A model generated the notes under the pieces. It was given only the letters and a program-made list of their open reading frames with translations, did not search any database and was not told where the DNA came from. A program made the translations under genes and the position numbers. Shown one piece after another: positions 35,741-44,968 of a DNA stretch of 64,000 bases; within the stretch, counting starts at the first letter, position 1; each line of letters begins with the position of its first letter. The stretch is from an uncultured Bacteroidales bacterium (GTDB lineage Bacteria; Bacteroidota; Bacteroidia; Bacteroidales; UBA10428), in the NCBI GenBank assembly GCA_964560225.1, contig CAZLLD010000002.1, forward strand, positions 11,713 through 75,712. The letters are read 5' to 3'.

Positions 35741-37696
35741 ATGAGGTTTTCAATTACAATTTTGATTTTTTTCTTTTTCACATGTTTTACTGCCCTGTCC
35801 CAAACCTCCCCCATCACCTTTGGTGATTTGTCACGGGCGGACCTTGAGACTAAGCCCTACCCACAGGAAAAAGGAGCCGAGGCGGCTGTTCTGTTTGATT
35901 ATGCCACTGCCAAGATGATTTACAATGACGGATTTAAGATTGAATTTACAAGACATGTAAGGATAAAAATATTCAAAGCAGCTGGTTATGACCAGGCTAA
36001 CATTCAAATTCCCTATACTGCGGAAGACAGGTTGTCAGACCTTAAAGCCTTTACACATAACCTCGAAAATGATCAGCCGGTAAAAGTTGCTGTTGGCAAA
36101 AAGCAGTTCTACAGGGAAAAGGTTAATGCTTATCGGAATGTGACCAGGTTTTCTTTTCCGAATGTAAGAGAAGGATCGGTAATTGAATACATCTATACCA
36201 TTACACAAGATGAGATCAGAGGTTTCAGGTCGATGCGATTTCAACGTAATATTCCGGTAAGATCTTTCCAATACTGGGCCACCTATCCGGAATTCTTCAG
36301 GTATAACATTAATTTGAATCACAACAATATCGTCAACCAGGAACACAACAGTGTGAATGGTTTTTACAATAACCGTTCCAGCAGGTTTCACGTGTATCTG
36401 TGGTCCGGTAGTAATCTTCCCGCTTTCCAGGCCGAGCCCATGATGCCGGAGAGTGACGAATACCTTGCCGGTGTGGATTTCGCACTTACCGATGTCAACT
36501 TTCCGGGTGGCAATTACTATGAGATTTCCCCCACCTATGCCAAACTAACGGAAAAGCTGCTGAACAACAGTATGGTCGGAGGGCAGATTAATAACAAACT
36601 ACTTTTCTCTGCTACAATCAAGGAAATCACCCATGAGGATGATGCCCCGCTGAAGAAAATGCAGTCTGTCTACAGCTATGTGCAGCAGCATATGCAATGG
36701 AACGGATATGACCAGGTGATACCCGATGTATCATTAAATAAGGCACACCGTGTAGCGACAGGCACCAATGCCGAGATCAACCTGTTGCTGGTGAACATGC
36801 TCAGAACCGCAGGAATCCAGGCTGATCCGGTGGTGCTGAGTACACGTGAAAACGGGCGAATCAATACTTTTGTGGCCATTGCCAACAATCTCGACTACCT
36901 GATATGCATTGCCAACATAAACGGAAAGGATTATCTTCTTGACGCCACCGATAAATTCCGGCCGGCTGGTATATTGCCCTTTAAATGTTTGAACATTGAG
37001 GGATGGGTGTTGAATCCCACACGTGGACGGTGGGTGAAATTACTGAATGAAGAGAGTTATACGACCCGGGAACACTATGACCTGAAGTTAAACAGCAATG
37101 GAGAATTTGAAGGGCACGCTGTTATTTCATTCTCGGGCTATGATGCCGTTGATCTTCGACGGCTTCTTTATAATGAAGGTGAAGAAGGGTTTCGGGAAGA
37201 GGTTTTTGCTGAAGCCGGGAATCTGACCATCTCAAACATGGTGTTTCAGCATACCGACAGCCTGGAGTCTCCCTTACGGTTAACTTTCAATGTGAAGTTC
37301 AGGCATTTGCTGCAAAAGGCAGACCAGATGGTGTTCTTCAGACCTATGATCAGTCTTTTTGGTGATTATGTGAATTCATGGGTCAAAGATGAGAGGAATT
37401 TTCCAATCGACAGAGGATGTCCTACCTTTGATAGTTTAACTTGCATCATTCATCTTCCTGACAATTACGTGGTTGAAGAATTGCCAAAATCCGCTAAGAT
37501 CATCCTTCCCAATCAGGAAGCGAAATTCGAATTGGGAAATACCTATGCAGACAATGTATTAACAATTACCAGTAACCTTACTGTATCCAAAACCAGGTTT
37601 GAAACCAATGAATATCAATCATTTCGTGAGTTTTACACACAAGTAAATAAGAAGTGTAATGAAATGATTATTATGAAAATAGCAGACAGTAATTAA
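35741..37696 (+). CDS. DUF3857 / transglutaminase-like-fold protein, catalytic residues substituted
   Basis: Signal peptide. Architecture is parallel to the next gene. The position of the TGase Cys motif reads GTNAEINLLLVNMLRTAGI (no Cys). Confidence 0.65.
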   Translation: MRFSITILIFFFFTCFTALSQTSPITFGDLSRADLETKPYPQEKGAEAAVLFDYATAKMIYNDGFKIEFTRHVRIKIFKAAGYDQANIQIPYTAEDRLSDLKAFTHNLENDQPVKVAVGKKQFYREKVNAYRNVTRFSFPNVREGSVIEYIYTITQDEIRGFRSMRFQRNIPVRSFQYWATYPEFFRYNINLNHNNIVNQEHNSVNGFYNNRSSRFHVYLWSGSNLPAFQAEPMMPESDEYLAGVDFALTDVNFPGGNYYEISPTYAKLTEKLLNNSMVGGQINNKLLFSATIKEITHEDDAPLKKMQSVYSYVQQHMQWNGYDQVIPDVSLNKAHRVATGTNAEINLLLVNMLRTAGIQADPVVLSTRENGRINTFVAIANNLDYLICIANINGKDYLLDATDKFRPAGILPFKCLNIEGWVLNPTRGRWVKLLNEESYTTREHYDLKLNSNGEFEGHAVISFSGYDAVDLRRLLYNEGEEGFREEVFAEAGNLTISNMVFQHTDSLESPLRLTFNVKFRHLLQKADQMVFFRPMISLFGDYVNSWVKDERNFPIDRGCPTFDSLTCIIHLPDNYVVEELPKSAKIILPNQEAKFELGNTYADNVLTITSNLTVSKTRFETNEYQSFREFYTQVNKKCNEMIIMKIADSN

Positions 37697-37715
37697 TTTA
37701 TTACTTCATTACTTC

Positions 37716-39608
37716 ATGAAACTTTTAATCATCGCATTGTTATCCACCACAATTCTGGCGCAGGATTTCTTCGCCCAGTCACCATATCATGTTGATTCTA
37801 TCCCAATCCATTTGCGCACTGGTGCTATAGCAGTCATCCGATCCAACCAAATAAAGGTTACTGTCATAAATGAAGAGAAAAGCCATTTGGAAGTAAAGCA
37901 GGTAATTACGCTGCTCAATGAGAACGCAGAGGATTTGTTGAACGTGAACATCCCCTATAATGACCTGAGGAAAGTTAATTCTGTTAGTGCCTGTGCTTAT
38001 AACAAAGAAGGTAAACTTATATGGACGCTTCAAAAGATGAACATTGTTGATATGCGTGATTTTAGTGGTCCCGAAATGTTAAGTAATGACAGGAAAAAAG
38101 CCTTTCTGATACCCTCATATAATTACCCTTTTACAATAGAGTATTCATACAAAATGACCTTGAATGATATCTTTCTCAGTTCGACTTTCTTCCTGAACAA
38201 TGATCCCGAAGTATCTGTTGAAGAATCAGGTCTGCAGTATATCATTCCGGTAAATGTGGGGTTCAATTACAAAGCAGTGAACCTAAACACTCCGACTGAT
38301 AGCTTTCTCATGAAAGACAGACTTTACCTGTCATGGAAAGAAGATAACCTGCCTACTGGCAGACAAAGATTATTTGCGCCTGCACTTGAGGAAAAATTGC
38401 CTGTAATATATGCTACCCCTGTAAATGTCGATCTGGACGGATACAAAGGCCGGTTTGATACCTGGCAAAGTTATGGCTCCTGGATGAGTGAGTTAATCAA
38501 AGATAGGGATGTTTTAGATAGGGTTTATGCGGACGAAGCCATGGCACTGGTGAAAAATATCCCTGAACGAAGGGAAAAAATTAAAGTATTGTATGAATAC
38601 ATGCAAAAGCATACCCGTTATTTCTCCATTTCATTTGGCATTGGAGGAAAACAGCCCATTCATGCCAATGAAGTTGCTAAGAATGGTTATGGTGATTGCA
38701 AAGCGCTTTCTAATTATATGAAAGCACTGCTAAAAGCAGTAGGTATTGAATCTTATTATACATTAGTAAAAGCAGGAGAAGGTGTTAAGATTCAAAGCAA
38801 TTTTCCGTGTAATCAATTCAATCATGCTATTCTTTGTGTTCCGGAGAAAAATGATACCATTTGGCTGGAATGTACGGATCAGACTTCTCCATTCAACTAT
38901 CTTGGAAGCTTCACCTGCGACAGGGATGTACTGGCTGTGACTTCAGAAGGTGGAAAAATACTCCATACACCTTCCTATGGCCGTGATTTTAATATTGTAA
39001 ACACATACTCCGATATCAAAGTATACAGTACAGGCAATGCAGATGTCAATGTTAGATTTGAACAATGGGGATTGAGATACGATGACCTCTTCGCTATCTC
39101 AGAAAGTAAACCCGATGTTAGAAAACTATGGCTTGCCAATCAGTTTGGCTCTGCTGCATTCGACATCAAAAAAGAAGAATTCCTTCTCAAAAAGAATTCT
39201 GCAATACCGTCAGCAACGGCCGTATTTGATATTCACCTCAGAGACCTTGCCGCCAAAAGCAGCAAATTGCTTTTCCTTTCACCATCTTTTATTTCCGGGG
39301 TATCATATATATGGGATGATCCCTGTGAAATAGAACTTGATATGGACTATCAGCAAAACGATACGGCAAAAATTGAAATACCTATCGGATACGATATCGA
39401 ATTCCTGCCTGAAGACAAAAACATTACGACTAAATTCGGGCATTACTCAAGCCAAATAAAGACTGAAGATAAATACATCTATTATACAAGAAAACTAACC
39501 TTTAACAAAGCTACTTACCCTCATGAAGCATATCGGGAATTTTACAACTTTATCACAGATATCGCAACAGCCGAGAGACAAATGTTAGTACTAAAATCAG
39601 TTTATTAA
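37716..39608 (+). CDS. DUF3857 / transglutaminase-core / DUF3858-type protein
   Basis: Signal peptide. GYGDCKALSNYMKALLKAVGI (Cys), FNHAILCV (His) and WLECTDQ (Asp) fit the transglutaminase-core triad. Confidence 0.7.
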   Translation: MKLLIIALLSTTILAQDFFAQSPYHVDSIPIHLRTGAIAVIRSNQIKVTVINEEKSHLEVKQVITLLNENAEDLLNVNIPYNDLRKVNSVSACAYNKEGKLIWTLQKMNIVDMRDFSGPEMLSNDRKKAFLIPSYNYPFTIEYSYKMTLNDIFLSSTFFLNNDPEVSVEESGLQYIIPVNVGFNYKAVNLNTPTDSFLMKDRLYLSWKEDNLPTGRQRLFAPALEEKLPVIYATPVNVDLDGYKGRFDTWQSYGSWMSELIKDRDVLDRVYADEAMALVKNIPERREKIKVLYEYMQKHTRYFSISFGIGGKQPIHANEVAKNGYGDCKALSNYMKALLKAVGIESYYTLVKAGEGVKIQSNFPCNQFNHAILCVPEKNDTIWLECTDQTSPFNYLGSFTCDRDVLAVTSEGGKILHTPSYGRDFNIVNTYSDIKVYSTGNADVNVRFEQWGLRYDDLFAISESKPDVRKLWLANQFGSAAFDIKKEEFLLKKNSAIPSATAVFDIHLRDLAAKSSKLLFLSPSFISGVSYIWDDPCEIELDMDYQQNDTAKIEIPIGYDIEFLPEDKNITTKFGHYSSQIKTEDKYIYYTRKLTFNKATYPHEAYREFYNFITDIATAERQMLVLKSVY

Positions 39609-39613
39609 TTGTT

Positions 39614-41809
39614 TCAATAACCCGGATCCACTCTGCTCACCTTGAAAACGCCTTTGATGGCGGCCAGTCTTCCCATGAGTGATTCCAAGTGTGCGGTATC
39701 GCGGATGGTAATCTTGAGACGGCCCCTGAATATGCCTGTTTCCGTGTCGAAATTCATCGATCTCAGGCTGATCTTCAAATCTTTGGTAAGCACATTGGAA
39801 ATGTTGTTGAGTATGTTCGGATCGTTCTCTCCCTGTATATTAACTTCAACTGTAAATAAGGTTTCCTTTCCTCCTGATTTCCAACGCGCTTTAACTACCC
39901 GGTAACCATATTTGGAAATCAGTTGGGCGGCATTTGGACAATTCAGCCGGTGTACCTTAATACCTTCACTTACAGTAACAAAACCGAAGATTTCATCGCC
40001 AAAAATGGGATTGCAGCATTTGGCCAGTTTGAAATCAACGTTGGCCAGCTTGTCATCAATGACCAGAAAGTCTTCCGATTTAATCAGCGATTCAGCCTGC
40101 TGTTGAACCGGTGCTTCAGTTTCCACAACATGCTTTTCGGTTTCAACCGGTTCCTGAAGCAATTCCTTGATGTGGGCCAGGTCAATCTCTTCGCCGGCAA
40201 TCTGAAAATAGAGATCCTGGGCGGTTTTAAATTTATACGCCTTGAGCAGCTTGCGAACGGTTTCGTCGGAAAAAGGTATTTTCCAGTTCTTCAACCGCCT
40301 GATGAGTATTTCCCGTCCGTTTTCCGCTTGTTTTACACGGGCTTCGTTGAGCTTGAAACGTATTTTGGTTTTGGCTTTGGAGGTGACAACGAAATTGAGC
40401 CAGTCCATTTTGGGCGTCTGGTTCTTGGAGGTCAGCACCTCCACACGGTCACCGTTTTGCATCACATGCCTGATGGGCACAACCTTTGCGTTCACTTTGG
40501 CTCCAGTGCACATGGAGCCCACTTCGGAATGTATGTCATAGGCAAAATCGAGTACGGTGGCCCCGGAAGGAAATTTTCTCAGATCGCCCTTGGGGGTGAA
40601 CACAAAGATTTCTTTGGAATACAGGCTCAGCTTGAAATCATCGAGAAATTCACCAGCATCGGGTTCCGGTGTTTCCAACACCTCCCTGATCCGTTTCAGC
40701 CATTCTTCCAAACCTTGTTCTCCTTCAAGTCCTTTATACTTCCAGTGGGCTGCGAATCCCTTCTCGGCAATTTCATTCATTCTTTCGGTTCTGATCTGTA
40801 CCTCCACCCAGCGGCCGTCGGGACCCACTACGGTGGTGTGAAGCGACTCGTAACCGTTGGTTTTTGGAACCGAGATCCAGTCGCGCAGCCTCTTGGGATT
40901 GGGCTGGTATAAGTCGGTCACCGTGCTGTAGACCTGCCAGCAATCGGCTTTTTCGTTTTTCAGTTCGCTGTTCAGGATGATTCGTATGGCAAACAGGTCA
41001 TAGATGTCTTCAAAAGCCACTCCCTTGTTGATCATTTTATTCCAGATAGAATGGATGGATTTGGGTCGCCCTTTGATTTCAAAGGAGAAACCCTGATTTT
41101 TCAGCGTTTCTTCAACGGGCTTGATGAATTCACCGATGAATTGTTTGCGGTCACGCATGGTTTGAGCCAGCTTGCGCGCAATGGAATCATACGTTTTGCG
41201 ATCGGACACCTTGAGCGCCAGGTCTTCCATTTCCGATTTGATGATGTAAAATCCGAGGCGGTGTGCAAGGGGGGCATACAGGTACGAGGCTTCCGAAGCA
41301 ATGCGAATCTGCTCTTCCTGTGGCAGTTCTTTCATGGAGCGCATCTCGTATAGATGCCCGGCAATTTTTATCAGGATAACCCGTACATCCCCAGCCAGGT
41401 TCAGCAGCAGGTTGCGGAAATTTTCGGCCTGTGGTGCCAGTGCGTTACTCCCGAAGGTGCGGATGGAGTTCAGTCCGCCGGTAATAACGGACACCGGTTT
41501 GCCATAGTTTTTTTCAATTTCTGCCAGGGTGGTTTTCTCTTTCCTGAGGACCCTCAGCAAGAATATACTTAATACGGATGTCACTCCCAGCCCGATTTCG
41601 CTCACAGCTATTTCAGAAATTTCTATGGCTGCTAAGGCCTGCCGCTGTCCTTCAAAATCCTCCGGGCCGTTAATGCAATTGATCATGGCATTGCAGGCAT
41701 CCCTGATTTTTGAGTAATCCCGGATTCCTTTGCTTTTTCGGATCAGCCGGATGAGTTTCTCAAACTTGTTTCTGATTTTCTGAATATGTTCGGGGTGTTT
41801 AACAGGCAT
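39614..41809 (-). CDS. relA: RelA/SpoT-homologue (p)ppGpp synthetase, RelA-like (degenerate hydrolase domain)
   Basis: Synthetase block RPKSIHSIWNKM...YESLHTTVVGPDGRWVEVQIRTERMNEIAEKGFAAHWKYK, plus TGS and C-terminal ACT regions. The HD motif positions read FLLRVLRKE and AGHLYEM. Confidence 0.9.
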   Translation of the reverse strand: MPVKHPEHIQKIRNKFEKLIRLIRKSKGIRDYSKIRDACNAMINCINGPEDFEGQRQALAAIEISEIAVSEIGLGVTSVLSIFLLRVLRKEKTTLAEIEKNYGKPVSVITGGLNSIRTFGSNALAPQAENFRNLLLNLAGDVRVILIKIAGHLYEMRSMKELPQEEQIRIASEASYLYAPLAHRLGFYIIKSEMEDLALKVSDRKTYDSIARKLAQTMRDRKQFIGEFIKPVEETLKNQGFSFEIKGRPKSIHSIWNKMINKGVAFEDIYDLFAIRIILNSELKNEKADCWQVYSTVTDLYQPNPKRLRDWISVPKTNGYESLHTTVVGPDGRWVEVQIRTERMNEIAEKGFAAHWKYKGLEGEQGLEEWLKRIREVLETPEPDAGEFLDDFKLSLYSKEIFVFTPKGDLRKFPSGATVLDFAYDIHSEVGSMCTGAKVNAKVVPIRHVMQNGDRVEVLTSKNQTPKMDWLNFVVTSKAKTKIRFKLNEARVKQAENGREILIRRLKNWKIPFSDETVRKLLKAYKFKTAQDLYFQIAGEEIDLAHIKELLQEPVETEKHVVETEAPVQQQAESLIKSEDFLVIDDKLANVDFKLAKCCNPIFGDEIFGFVTVSEGIKVHRLNCPNAAQLISKYGYRVVKARWKSGGKETLFTVEVNIQGENDPNILNNISNVLTKDLKISLRSMNFDTETGIFRGRLKITIRDTAHLESLMGRLAAIKGVFKVSRVDPGY

Positions 41810-41889
41810 GAAAGTCAGTCTTGATACATGGTTTATGCAAAGTTAGTTTTTTTGTGTATTTTTATCAGCCCTGTTCACAATTATAATTT

Positions 41890-42435
41890 ATGGCAACAAA
41901 CAGACAGGCAGCGCCGATTTTACTGCAGCAGGTGAAGGAACACCTGGGTGATTCAAGCAAAAAACTTAACGAGTTAACTGTCAACATGGTAATTGATAAT
42001 CCTTTATTAATTGAACCTTTACTTGAGATTTCACTTTACGAGCGTGAACCGTGGTCGCAACGCGCATCCAGGGTATTGTCGGTTTATTTCTGCAGATTTC
42101 CTGAAATGCTGAAACCTCATGTTGGCAGGATCCTCACTCACCTCAGCAAACTGAAATCAGAAGGTCCGCTGCGCAATTTTTTGAAAATCTTTTCAGAAGT
42201 ACCGTTGAACCTGGGCAATAAAAACAAGTCGATTCTGCTGAACCTGTGCTTTGATTGCATGTCCGAAGAATGTTCCATAGCTGTTAAGGCTTACAGCATG
42301 GATATTCTTTACCATTTCAGTACGGAAATTCCGGAAATCAAAAATGAGCTTTACCACCTGATTGAATCGCAAATGCCTGATTTTTCGGCTGGATTGAAAA
42401 GCCGTGGAAAAAAAATATTAAAAAAACTTGCCTGA
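41890..42435 (+). CDS. Hypothetical all-helical (HEAT-like) protein
   Basis: 181-aa ORF, divergent from the RSH gene. No family recognised. Confidence 0.45.
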   Translation: MATNRQAAPILLQQVKEHLGDSSKKLNELTVNMVIDNPLLIEPLLEISLYEREPWSQRASRVLSVYFCRFPEMLKPHVGRILTHLSKLKSEGPLRNFLKIFSEVPLNLGNKNKSILLNLCFDCMSEECSIAVKAYSMDILYHFSTEIPEIKNELYHLIESQMPDFSAGLKSRGKKILKKLA

Positions 42436-42466
42436 TCCCTAATAGTCTTTACCTGAATAGACTTAT

Positions 42467-43126
42467 TTACTGCATTTCCAGGAGCAACGGGTACAGATCA
42501 CTCACCCGTGTAGCTATGTAATCGGGATTGCATGCAGTTATTTCTGCTTCCGTTGTGAAACCGTAAGTAACACCAATTGAATCGATTTCGAGTTCCGCGG
42601 CAGCCTCAATGTCATACCGGGTATCGCCAACTACAACCACGGAATCCGGATCTTGAATGCCGTTTCTTCGCAAAATACCGGCAACCAGATCTACTTTGGC
42701 CGCATGGTTTCCCTGGTAATCGGCACCGCTTATTTCCTGAAAATACCTGCTGATTCCGAAATAATCCAGTACCTGATTGGCAAATATCTGGTACTTGGCT
42801 GTGGCTACATACAACAAAACGCCTTCGCGGTTGAGCTGCTCCAGCAGTTCTTTGATGCCATCATATAAAGAATTCTCAAACAAGCCTTTAGAGGAATAAT
42901 ACTCACGAAATACTTGAACTGCTCTCTCGTTATCTGTTCCCCGCAATTTGAACAGATCCGAAAAACCTTTTTGAAGGGAAGGCCCGATCAGTGTTTTAAT
43001 TGCCTCATTTCCCGGGTTTGCTAACCCTAGTTTTTCAAAAGTATAGTAGTAGGCATTATAAATACCGGGTCGTGAATCGGACAAGGTGCCGTCGAGGTCA
43101 AAAATTACATGTTTGTATTTGTACAT
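42467..43126 (-). CDS. HAD-superfamily hydrolase (phosphoglycolate-phosphatase-like, subfamily IA)
   Basis: Motif I VIFDLDGTLSDS, motif II ATAK, and motif IV VVVGDTRYD. Confidence 0.85.
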   Translation of the reverse strand: MYKYKHVIFDLDGTLSDSRPGIYNAYYYTFEKLGLANPGNEAIKTLIGPSLQKGFSDLFKLRGTDNERAVQVFREYYSSKGLFENSLYDGIKELLEQLNREGVLLYVATAKYQIFANQVLDYFGISRYFQEISGADYQGNHAAKVDLVAGILRRNGIQDPDSVVVVGDTRYDIEAAAELEIDSIGVTYGFTTEAEITACNPDYIATRVSDLYPLLLEMQ

Positions 43127-43255
43127 TGCTGTAAATATGCTATTTTTATCGGTTCAGAATTGTCTGAACGGTTGCAATTTGACCGGCAAAGATAGGAGGA
43201 TTAATTAATTCCTGTTGATACTAACAACCATAATTAACTAACTAAAACTAACAAA

Positions 43256-43606
43256 ATGGGAAAAGGAGATAAAAAAACCAAGAGAGGAAAGTTATTCCAG
43301 GGTTCATTCGGTGTAAGAAGGCCAAAAAAGGCTGCAAAAGCTAAGAAGCAGGGGGTGCCGGTTGCCGATAAGAAAAAGGAAGTCAAAGAAGTAAAGGTTC
43401 CAAAAGAAGTAAAAATGCCGAAAGAAGTGAAGGAACCTGTTGAAGTTGTTGAGGTTAATGAAACTCCTAAGGAAGTTAAAGAAACCAAAAAGGTTGAAAA
43501 AGTTGTTAAAGAGCCGAAAGCTGCAAAAGAAACTGCAAAACCTGCAAAGGCCGCTGCAACAACTAAGAAAGAAACCAAACCAAAAAAAACGGAAAGTAAG
43601 GAATAA
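43256..43606 (+). CDS. Ribosomal protein THX-like N-terminus fused to a Lys/Glu-rich low-complexity tail
   Basis: MGKGDKKTKRGKLFQGSFGVRRPKK closely parallels Thermus THX ([25 protein letters not shown], from memory). About 90 aa of KEVK/PKEVK-type repeats follow. Confidence 0.6.
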   Translation: MGKGDKKTKRGKLFQGSFGVRRPKKAAKAKKQGVPVADKKKEVKEVKVPKEVKMPKEVKEPVEVVEVNETPKEVKETKKVEKVVKEPKAAKETAKPAKAAATTKKETKPKKTESKE

Positions 43607-44823
43607 TGAGGAAGGATCAGGTCAGGCAGGAAACGCTTGCGGTCAGGTTACAGGCACACCGTTCAAAACACAAGGAGCACAGTGTGCCTGTTTATGAAAC
43701 GTCAAGTTTCATTTTCGACAGTGCTGAGGAAGCCCGGGATGTTTTTATTGACGAAAGCAAGGGTTTTATGTACTCGCGGTATGCGAATCCCAACACCGAT
43801 GAGCTCATCACCAAGCTTTGTGCTTTGGAAGGAGCTGAAGATGGGGTAGCCACTGCATCAGGGATGGCAGCCGTATTTTTGAGCATGGCATCCATTTTAA
43901 GACCCGGAGATCATGTGGTGGCTGGCCGCCAGATTTTTGGGGCTACCCATACCCTGCTCACACAAATCCTGTCGAGATGGGGCATTTCTCACACCTATGC
44001 TGATATTAACAACAAGCGTGAATGGGAAAACGCCATCCTTCCCACCACCCGCCTGCTATATGCCGAAACGCCTACAAATCCTGGTATGGATATCATTGAT
44101 CTGAAATGGCTTGGAAGGCTTGCCAAAAAGAACAATTTATACCTGGTAATCGACAACAGCTTTGCCTCTCCGCTAATCCAGAATCCCATCAGGTTCGGTG
44201 CCGATTTGGTGGTTCATTCCACCACCAAATTCATCGACGGCCAGGGCCGCACCATGGGAGGTGCCGTATTGGGAAACAAGGAAACCATGGCCGATGTAAG
44301 GTTGCTGGCAAAGGTAACTGGGCCGGTCATGTCGCCGCATAACGCATGGATTCTCTCAAAAAGTCTGGAAACACTGGCCGCTCGTATGGAGAAGCATTGC
44401 AGCAACGCGCATCAACTGGCTTTATTTTTGGAAAAGAAACCGGGGATAGCTCGGGTCAGATATCCTTTTCTGCCTTCTCATCCACAATACGAAGTGGCAA
44501 AAAAGCAGATGACCCTGGGGGGAGGTCTTTTATCTGTTGAAATCAGGGGTGGCGCCAAAAAAGCCATGGACCTGATCAACAACCTGAAACTGGTTTCAGT
44601 TTCTTCTAACCTGGGAGATACAAGAACAATTGTCACCCATCCTGCAACTACAACCCATTCAAAATTATCTCCCGAAGAAAGAAAGCTGTCCGGGATAACC
44701 GACGGCATGATCAGGGTTTCGGTAGGACTTGAACATATTGATGATTTGTTGGCTGATTTTGATCAGGCATTAAAAGCCATTAAAAGCAGTACTAAAACAA
44801 AAAACCCGACCCGTCGTAAGTGA
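43606..44823 (+). CDS. PLP-dependent Cys/Met-metabolism enzyme (O-acetyl/O-succinylhomoserine sulfhydrylase or cystathionine gamma-synthase family)
   Basis: PVYETSSFIFDSAEEA, ASGMAAV, and the PLP-lysine block HSTTKFIDGQGRTMGG. The ATG overlaps the preceding stop (TAATG). Confidence 0.88.
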   Translation: MRKDQVRQETLAVRLQAHRSKHKEHSVPVYETSSFIFDSAEEARDVFIDESKGFMYSRYANPNTDELITKLCALEGAEDGVATASGMAAVFLSMASILRPGDHVVAGRQIFGATHTLLTQILSRWGISHTYADINNKREWENAILPTTRLLYAETPTNPGMDIIDLKWLGRLAKKNNLYLVIDNSFASPLIQNPIRFGADLVVHSTTKFIDGQGRTMGGAVLGNKETMADVRLLAKVTGPVMSPHNAWILSKSLETLAARMEKHCSNAHQLALFLEKKPGIARVRYPFLPSHPQYEVAKKQMTLGGGLLSVEIRGGAKKAMDLINNLKLVSVSSNLGDTRTIVTHPATTTHSKLSPEERKLSGITDGMIRVSVGLEHIDDLLADFDQALKAIKSSTKTKNPTRRK

Positions 44824-44837
44824 CTGTCAGGTTTTTG

Positions 44838-44910
44838 TCGGTCCGGAGGGGCTCGAACCCTCGACCCCATGATTAAGAGTCACGTGCTCTACCAGCTGAG
44901 CTACGGACCG
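44838..44910 (-). tRNA. tRNA-Lys (anticodon CTT)
   Basis: Minus strand: CGGTCCGTAGCTCAGCTGGTAGAGCACGTGACTCTTAATCATGGGGTCGAGGGTTCGAGCCCCTCCGGACCGA. Anticodon loop CTCTTAA. Confidence 0.9.
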
Positions 44911-44968
44911 AAAGCGGGTGCAAATTTAGTAATATTTCGAAAAAAGCAAGTTTTATTTTGAGATTGTT

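Noticed and set aside
39923-40912. 329-aa plus-strand ORF, and several 60-150-aa ORFs inside 39642-41717
   Set aside because: They are antisense to the strongly conserved RelA/SpoT-homologue CDS. The translated sequences are low-complexity (G/F/L/V-rich) with no motifs. These are typical shadow ORFs.
43127-43255. Looked for a SAM or other riboswitch upstream of the THX-like and sulfhydrylase genes
   Set aside because: Only a 7-bp hairpin (GTTCAGA-ATTG-TCTGAAC) is present, with no SAM-I/II/IV-like conserved cores recognisable by eye.
43234-43697. 114-aa minus-strand ORF and 85-aa alternative-frame ORF over the Lys/Glu-rich tail region
   Set aside because: They are produced by the nucleotide-level low complexity (AAR/GAR repeats). 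Only the frame beginning with the THX-like motif has a recognisable start and a family match.
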